64,000 nucleotides of DNA from assembly GCF_964204645.1 (NCBI RefSeq), contig NC_134028.1, positions 9,052,001-9,116,000 of the forward strand. Direction: 5' to 3'. Shown here piece by piece: positions 1 through 10,100 of this stretch. Below the pieces are notes generated by a model that did not search any database, had not been told where the DNA came from, and was given only the letters and a program-made list of their open reading frames with translations. Position 1 is the first letter of the stretch. The number at the start of each line of letters is the position of its first letter. The translations under genes were made by a program, and so were the position numbers. This DNA comes from Tubulanus polymorphus (taxonomy: Eukaryota > Animalia > Nemertea).

Positions 1-284
1 ATCATTAATGAACAATAATACACTCAGTAACATCTTTCATATTTCTGTATGCATCAAACAAATCTAATCAGTATTTCTCATTATAAGAGTAACAAATACT
101 GAACATCAGGAACAGTTGGCAGCTCTGTATAAGTGCAATGAAAAGTTTATAGAGGTCTGGCACATACTTATAATAAGGCCTAAAAGTAATCTAATTTCTA
201 TAGTGCTTTTTTTACTGTGATACAAAGTTCAATGGCATTTTCCATTAAATAGGTATCATTCCCCCCATTTATCAGTCATCTCTC

Positions 285-460
285 TCTGGGGAGAAGTAAC
301 TTCTAAGCAGCTGCAAGATGCTCATCAGACCGAGAACCTATTTTACTGCTGGGTGAAGAGAGGCAACGAGGATAAATGTCTTGGACGGGGACACTTCGGT
401 AATGTACGGGTTCGAACTCACGACCTGGCTTCCTAGAGTCAAACGCTCTAACCACTCGCT
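285..460 (-). mobile_element. tRNA-derived SINE in a POLD2 intron
   Basis: Minus strand reads cgagTGGTTAGAGCG (A box)...GAGTTCGAACCC (B box), then gtgtcc..caagacattt and cacccagcagtaaaatagg, motifs typical of the central domain of metazoan SINEs. No complete cloverleaf. 3' boundary approximate. Confidence 0.7.
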
Positions 461-818
461 CTTTGATCACATGAGGTCATATAGGTTGTTTGCCAAAGTG
501 CTGAGGACTAACCACTAAAAATAATCGGGGGGTTTATAAGCTCCCAGGGTCTGTCATATTTCTGCACAGGTTAAGGTTACAAACCTTGCTGTAAGATTAT
601 CAAACTCAAGCATTTTCATTCGATACAAACGTAAAGATTAGTTTATAGCTGCAATCACACAGAGACCTTATGTATCAGCCCTCACCAACCCAATAGCTGA
701 AACTTTCTCAAACTGCTCATTTGAATGTTGCCCCTTTGCCATTTTGGCTCATTCCCAAGATATTCAGAGCGAGCTCTTAAGCGAAATGGGCAAACACTAA
801 TGATCCAATTTCCCTTAC

Positions 819-1833
819 CTCGGTGCAGAGTTCTTTAAGGATGTTTGGTTTCAAGACCATTTTTTTAAACAAGGTTCCGATGACGACGCACGGCTTTTCT
901 GATTCAAGTTCAAACAATCTTACAATAGAAATGTCTTCACCTGAAAATAATAACATCAATCAATCGTGGAAGGAATCTCACTTGGAATTTCGCTTAGTGA
1001 ATGGCAAGAGTAAAAGCCTAAATAACGAGTCGAGTAGTACTATATAGGTATCAAGTAAAAGCCTATCATAGATCTTCACGGTTGATAGAACACTATATCC
1101 GTGTTGACGCGTGTTGACGCGATGTAGAGAGAATCCCACAATGATAAGAAAAAGTCCGATTTATATTTATACTCACTATTGTTGTTTATAATTACCCTTT
1201 GGTTTGCTTCCCTTTAATCTATTTTAGCGTGTAACTGTTTCTACATTATTTTCATTTAGTTTGTATCATCTCTGATTACTTGAATTAGTCTCCTTGTCTC
1301 TGGATTGTATATATCTCATAATTTTTGTAGTATCTCATTATTCCTGAAGATGACTATTAGGATATAGTCGAAACGTTGAAATAAACTACTATCTCGAAGT
1401 TACATTTTCGGACTTTTTCTTATCATTGTGGAATTCTCTCTATATCATAGATCTTATCTAGTTTGGAAATGAAGTCAAAACTTTTGTTGAACTGAACCCC
1501 TAAGTAGTTGCTGGGGTCCCTCGGGCGAATCCCCGTCATAATTTCTCCACCCAAAATACCTCCATCCATTTAAATATCCCACACGCTCACTACTCGATTC
1601 CGTTGTTCTAACGCAAAATTTGGATTATTCAACATATTTCAACGGACACTACAGAAGCTGATCTTACCCCATCTGTTTTTAGCGGCCTGCACGACTCTAG
1701 GTTTCAACGTGATTAAACGTTGCGAGTAAACGTGCGCGTACTGTCTCTCGTAATTCCGCTGTTTCAATTTAAAACGTTCCGACAGATCTTTATATTCCGC
1801 CGTACAACGATCGATGCTCAACTCGTCGTCCAT
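819..1833 (-). CDS. POLD2: DNA polymerase delta subunit 2, first two coding exons (1833-1668, 940-819); gene continues left of the window
   Basis: Spliced translation MDDELSIDRC...RNYERQYAHVYSQRLITLKPRVVQAAKNRWG|EDISIVRLFELESEKPCVVIGTLFKKMVLKPNILKELCTE matches the POLD2 N-terminus (RQYAHIY..RL..M.P; CxVxGTLFK.M.LxPxIL). GT-AG junctions keep the phase. An acceptor just upstream (~1855) implies a 5' UTR exon. Confidence 0.92.
1077..1442 (+). mobile_element. Penelope-like non-autonomous element with inverted repeats and an internal hammerhead motif
   Basis: 35-bp inverted repeats at 1125-1159 and 1408-1442, 13-bp flanking direct repeat TATCATAGATCTT (1064-1076, 1443-1455), internal CTGAAGA-stem-GAAACGTT followed by AATAAA. 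Confidence 0.65.
1338..1385 (+). ncRNA. Minimal type I hammerhead ribozyme motif (Penelope type)
   Basis: ttattc CTGAAGA t GACTAT taggat ATAGTC GAAAC GTT gaaataa: core boxes, 6-bp stem II, palindromic ACGT stem III and an imperfect stem I, as described for Penelope-associated hammerheads. Confidence 0.65.
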
Positions 1834-2210
1834 TCTTCTTCAATAACGATCGCTTGAAATAGAAAGAAAGTTGAACAGTTATTCATCGGTTATTATAGGC
1901 CTATACAGAATTTCGGAGATAATTTCGAATTAGTTAATTTTTCACTAATTCGCGTTCGTGAACAGATTCAATCATAGAGTTAACCCAATAGACCCCAGAG
2001 CATCCGCGACGTTCGAATGGTATCTCCGGTATATATATATATATATGAAGTTGCGGCGTCTGAATTAACTAATTTCGAATTAAGCTTTATTAATTTGAAA
2101 TTAATTATCACCAACCGGTAATTCGAATCAAAGTTAACCCCCGTTCGTGAAACCGGGCCCAGTTATTATAACGTATAGACCTACGTATGCTTATATGCTT
2201 ATCATCACTA

Positions 2211-2395
2211 CAGTGGAACCTCGTTATAACGAACTTGGATATAACAATTTACCGGTTATCACAGACCTAGAATTTCATCCCAGGGAGAATATTGATTAAT
2301 TTCACACTGGATATAATGAACTCGGCCTGCTGCCATACTGGTTATAACGAACAGATTTTTGCTCCCGTGAAGGTCGTTGTAACAATGTTACACTG
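2211..2395. mobile_element. Tc1/mariner (pogo/Tigger-like) MITE
   Basis: TA|CAGTGGAACCTCGTTATAACGA ... TCGTTGTAACAATGTTACACTG|TA: imperfect TIRs with TA target duplication. Confidence 0.75.
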
Positions 2396-2540
2396 TACAA
2401 GGACGGACAAAAAGACCACAAAATTAATCGCCCTCTTAGGCTGAAGTGGGCAAAAAGGCCTGTACCCGGGATTTCATAATATGTACAAAAACATGTATAA
2501 TCAATATTTTGAGGGCCAAAAAATAGCGGACACTTTGGTC

Positions 2541-2659
2541 AGCCAGCCAACCTTCAAAAACTATCCTAAAATTCGACGATCACCGCATTTTTTGTTACAG
2601 CTTGGCATCTGGATGCCAAAAAATGCTGTGATCGTCGAATTGTCCCTGATTGGCTGGCT
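2541..2659. repeat. Short palindromic element (MITE-like)
   Basis: agccagccaa / ttggctggct ends, with internal aattcgacgatcaccgcattttt / aaaaatgctgtgatcgtcgaatt inverted repeat. Confidence 0.6.
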
Positions 2660-2798
2660 GACTACAATCACAATGTAAGTTTTGATACGGTATCGATTTG
2701 AGCCTTCTTAATTTGGTCATACACACTCTCGATTGTGAAATTTTGGCTTAATCAATAATTGACATTGGCGGCTGATTAGTTGCATGCATTATTTTTAA

Positions 2799-3346
2799 CA
2801 CGTTCGCTGCCGCTGACGAGATAAATCGTCATGGTGGGTGCACCGCAGTTTGCCATGACGAGTTATATCGTCGTCGATTCAATGTCATTTCATAGCGTTA
2901 TGAATGACCTGGCAGAGGCGAGATAACAGCTAACAATAGTCTGGCAGTATGGAGAGACTAAGATATTATTTATGGGGGTAATTTAAGTCTGGTGCACACT
3001 TTTTTCAAAAGAGTCTTCAGAAAGCAATGAATTTTAGCTTCTATTCCGGCCAATACTTAGAGAGAATATATTAACGACATCATTCTATATCATTTTTACA
3101 ATAAAACCTTTATTGTTTTAGATTTCTATTTGATTTTTCACACTTTTCACTGGCAATGGGGACAAGAAAAAATTGGGAATCGCTTCACCATTGCCATCTC
3201 GTCATGTGGTTTTTTATACTAAAATAGATCAGTGTATTGATTTATCAATGTACAAATAGTGCTGGCAGCATATAAATTGTATAATGTCAAAAATTAGCGT
3301 TGGCAATGATGACCGGACCTTAAACAGCTAGGTGGCAGCGAACGTG
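2799..3346. mobile_element. Non-autonomous piggyBac-like element
   Basis: TTAA|CACGTTCGCTGCC ... GGCAGCGAACGTG|TTAA: perfect 13-bp TIRs with TTAA target duplication. Confidence 0.85.
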
Positions 3347-3462
3347 TTAAAGTCCCTGTGTAACTGTAGTAAAATTAAAAAGTAAAAGAACAAATTAATT
3401 GAGATGTTTTTGTCAGACGAAGACGACTGATTGATTTTAGTTTGCCTGACAAAAATACACTA

Positions 3463-4002
3463 ATGTCTATTTATTAATGGATGAGACCTGTTTTTCTGGG
3501 ATATTTTGCTTACTTTTTGGGATACATACCTCATTTATGTCTTAACAGAATGCCAAAAATCGCGGACAACAACTGAATATCCGATATATTTCCAGTTCTG
3601 TACCAATTAGATGGATTGGCAAAAAGACTCCTTAAGTCCAGTTGAATGAGAGAAAATCCTCCATTTTGTCAAATTTCTTGGATTTGAACATTGTTACCAT
3701 GCCTACGCCACCCTGATTTAGTTGTTGAGACCCCACAAGAAAAATAACTTCATTTTGTAGGCATGGTGACAATGTAAAAATTCAAGAAATTTCACAAAAT
3801 GGAGGATTTTCTCTCTCATTCAACTGGACTTAAGGAGTCTTTTTGCCAATCCATCTAATTGGTACAGAACTGGAAATATATCGGATATTCAGTTGTTGTC
3901 CGCGACTTTTGGCATTCTGTTAAGACATAAATGAGGTATGTACCCCAAAAAGTAAGCAAAATATCCAAGAAAAACAGGTCTCATCCATTAATAAATAGAC
4001 AT
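3463..4002. repeat. Long near-perfect inverted repeat (foldback), ~245-bp arms and ~50-bp spacer
   Basis: 3463-3706 is the reverse complement of 3757-4002 with only a few mismatches (atgtctatttattaatggatgagacc...catgcctac / gtaggcatg...ggtctcatccattaataaatagacat). Confidence 0.92.
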
Positions 4003-4743
4003 GATTAGTACAGGCAAGCCATCTACCCCTAGCCCCAACCATTTTTTCGAACACATTTGGCTTAACACGTACGTAGTGTTAGTAGAAGAGAGAGTAGAAT
4101 GATTATTGACTTAGTGAATTTTAAATCTGTTTAAATCGGTTTCGAACTGTTTCAAGCGGTAATTATTTTGATCTGTATAGGAGTTTGGGGTTCGAATCCC
4201 ACATTACCGTTCATGTGATTTCATTTTCATTATTAGATTACACAAATCAATATCATGAAATAGGAGCATAAAATTCATAATCGGTGGTGAAAATATGTAA
4301 TATTAGGCTAAATCAAATTTGAGTTCTATGAAATTCTGTCAACCTTCCTTCCTTAACGTTAGGTCTTGACCGTTCAATAAAACATGCATTCATTATTTTG
4401 TCTTTTTGAAACATAGTTAGTAGTCGTGTTCAAGTTCAAGTTCAAATTTATTTCACAGAAAGCATGACAGGCTATGTACACAGGTTGAGAGAAAACAAAC
4501 AATAAAATTTACAATTTTTTTAAACAAAGCACAATTATAAAAAGAGAGAGAGAGAACAGTAGCTTTCAGTGTGGGCCAAGCAAAGCCTTTAGGCCACTGT
4601 CGCAAGCACCCAGGGAAAAAATTAAAAGGAAATGAAGAAATAAAGGGGAAGGAAATGAAAGTTGATGATGTGTTTCTGCTGTGTACACGACGATACAATA
4701 ATGATAAATAAAGTGATTTCATTTAATTCACTTGAATTGAAAG

Positions 4744-4870
4744 TGACGTCATCGGGATTTGGGTAGTGCATTTAATCTAAAGCTCAGTCTTCTTTGTCAG
4801 TTTGACGCATTTTCCGAATTTCCTCGTCATTTTTTACATATTTACCCGTCGTGCGATCCGCCAGAACCAG
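4744..4870 (+). promoter_or_regulatory. Putative promoter and non-coding first exon of the SAP/zinc-finger gene
   Basis: Perfect CRE palindrome TGACGTCA (4744-4751), a CpG-richer stretch, and a good donor CAG|GTAATT at 4870/4871. The ATG exon at 7195 has its own acceptor, so an upstream UTR exon is needed. Confidence 0.45.
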
Positions 4871-5227
4871 GTAATTTTAACTTAATTTTAATTCAATAGT
4901 TCGATGATTAGTTTTGACGCGTATTTGATTCAAAGCGTAGAAAGAAAGCGAGGAATTCGTTGATCCGAACTGGCAACCCTTGCCTGGCGCAGGCAGCAGT
5001 TCAATAAATTAAAATCAATTAATAATTTATTGGGCACTGTCAAAAAATGTAACGTCAATTTTTTATCGTTGTGTTCGAATGGGTTTTTTGGCATCATAGA
5101 CAGTAGATAGGCTAAGATAGATAGAATAACAGGTCACGGAGATCTGGCGTGACAGACAAAGGTAATCGCCTAGCGCACGGCACCAATAAAACTTTTTTTC
5201 CTGTCCTGTGAAAAACTTTTTTTCATG

Positions 5228-6490
5228 TTTTTAGCCCACTTGGGACTTTTGTCCCAGTGGGCTATTGCGTTCACTTTTTGTCCGTTCGTCCGTCCGTAGA
5301 CGGAATCCAGTTATTTTGGGAAGTTTTGAAGACGCTTCGAGGTAATGTCTTGATATTTGGGTTACACATGTATCTACCCTAGACACATCTTCAGCCCAAA
5401 AACTGGCCCTGTCAGATTCAAGATGGCTGACTGGCAGCCATTGTTGTTCGCCAAAATCAGCACTTTTTACACATTTTTGAACTTTTTGAGGGAAATTTTG
5501 AAGACACCTTGATCAATTACCTTGATCTTTCGGATATATGTGATATCCCCCAGGGCCCATCAGCATAACAAAAATTGGGTCGCTCAGACTCAAGATGGCC
5601 GTCCTATGACCTTTTTAGTGCCAAAAAATGTTAATTTTGGTCCAAATTCTGAGTCCTGTAGCTTCCTACTGGTTTATCATTTCTCATTGCAATTTGTGAT
5701 GGGTATTCTTTGGAAAGGGATGTTTTATACCTGAGACAGGTATTTTTCATCAGCCAATTATGACGCAATTGGCGGCCATCTTGGTGTCAGCAGTACTCAT
5801 TCGTAAGTGGGAAAAAGTTTTTCCACATTATATTGATACCTAAGCGTATTTTGTTACCACAATCATTTAGAAAATTGTAGCTCATAACGTGTTCTATGAT
5901 TGTGGTGAGTTTCAAGGTCATTGGTTTTTGTATATGGCCACCAGGGGGCGTTGAATAATGCAATATCTGAGTATTTCTATATTATATTCGTATCAATGCA
6001 TATTTTGTAACCACAATCAATTGCAAAGTTGTAGCTCATGACATCATCTATAATTGTGGCAAGTTTTAAGGCCATTAGTTATTCTATATGGTCACCAGGG
6101 GGCGTTGAATAGTAGAATAACTTAGTATTTCCTTATTATATTGGTACCTAGGCATATTTTGTTACCATGATCAATTACAAAGTTATAGTTCGTGACATGT
6201 TCTATGATTATGGTGAGTTTCAAGGTCATTGGGTTTTGAATATAGTCACCAGAGGGCGTTGAATAGTAGAATTACTTAGTATTTCCATATTAAAGTGGTA
6301 ACGAGGCATATTTTGTTATCACAATCAATTACAAAATCGTAGCTGCTGACATGTTCTATGATTGTGGTGAGTGTCAAAGTCATTGGATTCTGTATATGGT
6401 CACCAGGGGGCGTTGAATATTGAAATTGTTAGATTGTTGAGCATTTGGAAACACTTCCCAAGTGGGCATGGTGTCCCTGGACCCCTAGTT
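5228..6490 (+). mobile_element. Helentron-associated non-autonomous element (HINE/DINE-1-like) with internal 154-bp tandem repeats
   Basis: T-rich flanks, sub-terminal inverted repeats CCCACTTGGGA (5235-5245) / TCCCAAGTGGG (6456-6466), a 5' hairpin, (GTCC)n microsatellite near 5280-5297, four ~154-bp repeats (ccagggggcgttgaata at 5941, 6095, 6249, 6403), 3' end ...ggacccctagtt. Confidence 0.8.
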
Positions 6491-7198
6491 TGTTTTGCTG
6501 TGTGCGGGGGAGTCTAAACCCAAAATGCCGAACAGAAAAACGTTTTCCACCATTCAAAGCACTGCTTGATTTGCAAAAAGTTTTTGTGTAGTCGAAAACG
6601 CGTTTCGTCCCGCGTGCGGTGGGGTTCCTCCTTATTACCGAGATGATGCAATTTATCGAGATCAACCGAGATGACATGAAATATAACATATTTATTTATT
6701 CCTTATCGTTGTTAACACTTGAATCATATGGATGCGGTGCGATGGATATTTTGTGTTTTACAAAATATCCACGGCTGAATAACTAATCAGCGAGCAACAA
6801 TGTATCATATGGCGTTACAAGAATTGATGTGAATAACTGAGTTAATTTTTGTCTCCATTGAACATTTAATCGTTTGCGGGCAAAACATTTTGTGAAAAAC
6901 GTGTTTTCTGTTTTGGCGAAACAAATATTATGCCGCCTTTATGAAATATAACCACTGATCACAGCTTTTATACTATCATTGATATCAGAGGAGATATTTC
7001 ATAGCCGTCGCAGGATTCTCACTAACAGTCAGATGCGACGGCCGACGGCTTATTTTGAAAGGACTGTAGGCCTTATTTTAACAGGAAACCGAAATGAATA
7101 TATCTCAAGAAAGTCACTCTAGAAAATCCACTCTCCAGTTCTAGATATTTCCATGCTAATAATCTTCTTTTTTTTTTCTATTTCCTATCTATAGAGTA

Positions 7199-10100
7199 AT
7201 GGACATTGAAGTACCGAGGCTTTCTTCCATGACCGTCGTGCAGTTGAAGAATTTATGTAACTCGCACGGAATTCCAAACAGCGGTAAAAAAGTGGATATT
7301 ATCGATCGGCTAACTCGACACGAGCTACAACTAAAACAGCAAAAAGGTACGATATCGTTTAACCTTCAGCCAGATAGGCCCCTATTCGTAAAATTTCGAG
7401 GGCCCTCTAGCGAGCAACAGTGTTGTAGGCCTACGCGGAGACAGTTCAAGGGGCACTGAAAAAGTATGCTTTTTATATAGGTGATATGTCGAAATAAAGA
7501 TTTTATCTATACATGATTAATAAATGATCCTACAAAGGTTATTTTCGCTCTCTCCCTTCTCATCCACCTGCCACCTCTCCCAATTCGCCGCATTGGCATT
7601 TGTCCCTTTACTGTGTCATAGAATACTGAGAATACTAATCTAAACATTCAGTGGATTCCTCATGGACAAAAAGGAAAGGGTGCAACACATGATGATATGA
7701 CGAATAGGCAGAATAGGAAGACACCTTGGCCATGTGGCCAAATGGTTCAATTCCATAGTCAACCTTTGACTTGCAACTGTGGAACTTCCTTAAAAAATTC
7801 TTTGCTTCCTAAATTCTCTGAATTATCAATTCATGCCAGCTTCATACTAAAATAGATATAGGTTTTCCTTTAATTTTTGCTAAAACAGATGAGGACGTAG
7901 TCGAAGAGTCGGATATTCCCATGAAAACTGCGGAAACCGAAGCGGATAAATCAACTGTTGATGCAGAGGTGAAAGTTGAACCGGTTGATGGGTCGGTTAA
8001 ACCTGATGCTGAATCGGTCAATACTGAGACTGAGCCAGTCGTACCCAAATCAGAATCGACCAATGGGGAACCAGCAGTGGTTAAAGACGAAGCAATGGAT
8101 ACAACCGAATTGCCAGCAACAGCTAATGACGAGAAAAAGGCTGACGATGATGATGTTGATGATGATAAGATATTGGATGAACCGGTGAGTCTGGGAATAT
8201 GTATCTCCGTAGGTCGAGATGAGTAGCTGTATCACTGCTAGCTGCGATCATTAGATCTAGCTAATTGAGGGTTAAATGAAAACTTCTAAACACCTTTTAT
8301 GTTTATGTCTTTAGGATGAGATCAAGGCTGATCAAACAGCTGAAGAAACTCATGTAGAAGAAAATACCGAAGTGAAAGGTAATTAAACTGTGATAATCAT
8401 ACCGTCATAGTAGCAGTCGAATCAGCATCCTCCTTGGCACCTTAGTTTCATCTGCTGAAGGGTATTAATACTTAATTCTCATGAATCCTTGTAAAAGAAT
8501 TTTAACAGTGTAACATTACTGGTGAATCAGTTGAGAATCACAATATCCGTGATAAGACGATGAGTAAAATTTTCAGTGTAAAAACATTTTCAGACTGCCC
8601 GAAATATTTCTAATTTTGAAATAAACTTTTTAGATCAATTCGTTTATTGTGGGATTTTTACTCATCTTAACAGTCAATGATCACACGTTATACGTGTACA
8701 TTGATATACAATACTAACCCTATCAACGGAGTGATTTATAAGAGGGTCCAGTGTGAAATAGAAATTACTCATTGTATCTGGACAATCGCACATGTCTCCG
8801 CTGGAAAAAGTTCTGCTGAATGCTGTCCATTTTCTCGCGATATCTTGTCCAAATGTCGTAAAGCTCTTTGAATATACATACCGCAAAAAGTCTTCGAATT
8901 CTGCAATGACCGTGTTTGTGTTCTATCGTTTGTACATCAGCTGACGATAATGCAACAGATCCGGCGACCATTGTTGAAAAGAATAAAACTCCGGTGAAGT
9001 TAACGTTGGAAGAAAGAATCGCACAGCGTCTCCAGGTAGGCTACAATCTATACTCTATCCCGGTCTTAATCATTTCACGATACCGATATACCGGTAGTTG
9101 GCTCTGGTAACTGACAGCGTTAACCCAAAAGAATAGAGCACTAGGACCTGTTTTGCGCATAACGATGATACTAGAAGTGTTTGACGGATAACTTTGTGCA
9201 AGACACCATTTTGAGATTTTGATTTATGAAAAAGGAACACTTTGAACTCTGTTATACAATACTCAATGTTTTTTCTTTTTTCTATATTCCTTAGGGAAAG
9301 CTAACTGAATTGAAGACTAAACACAATACTGAGTAAGTAATTTCGATTCACATCTTTTTCTAGATGTACTTACGAGAATGGTCTGGTTTTATATAGACGC
9401 GGTTGCGATTAAATCCTTATGACAATATTTGTAAAACCTCCTTGGGCCTCCCAGTTTCATGAAAATTTTGACAAAAACATAAATTTCGGTTTAGTTCCTA
9501 ATTTCCATATCCCCAACATCTGAAACTTCTTGGCCATTTTAAGCTCACCGGCGAATTCTTTCCCAAAAACTAAGGGACTCAATCAGAAAATCTAGAAAGA
9601 AGTCAGTGAAAACTCAGGGAGTTTGATTGGGAGACTCAATATTTCGTCGTTTTGATAATTTGATAATTGAGGTCGAGATTCTAAGAGTAATCAGTCAAGA
9701 AGTTTTTAACTTGAAAAATGACGAAGTTTAATGCAATGATTATGTATTCCATTTTAGGGAGATAACCGATGCATTGTTGAAAGACTATTTGACCGACGTG
9801 ATAAAAACAGTAAGCTGTGAAAAACCTGATAAGGAGAAAACCGAGACAGAGAAGCCCGATGATGTCGAGAAACCTAGCGCCGAGATAACAGATTCGGAGA
9901 AGACTGACGCGGAAAAAACCGATGCAGAAAAACCCACTGAAGAAAGTGAAGTGAAAGAAGTTGGAGAAATGATCTGTAAACTTTGTCGATTCAAGAGCGA
10001 TTTAAATGAGAAGGAGGTAATTTATACTAGCGAAACACCGCTTGAATTAGTGGAATTTTCTGCTACAGTCGAATACACTTAATTCGGTTCGGTTTTATCC

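Noticed and set aside
4187-4212. tRNA gene (GGTTCGAATCCC; similar at ~46360, 28926 and 42940)
   Set aside because: Isolated B-box/T-arm only, with no cloverleaf; SINE or MITE remnants.
5815-6425. Regularly spaced repeats suggesting a CRISPR array
   Set aside because: The whole 154-bp unit repeats with no unique spacers; eukaryotic context and no cas genes.
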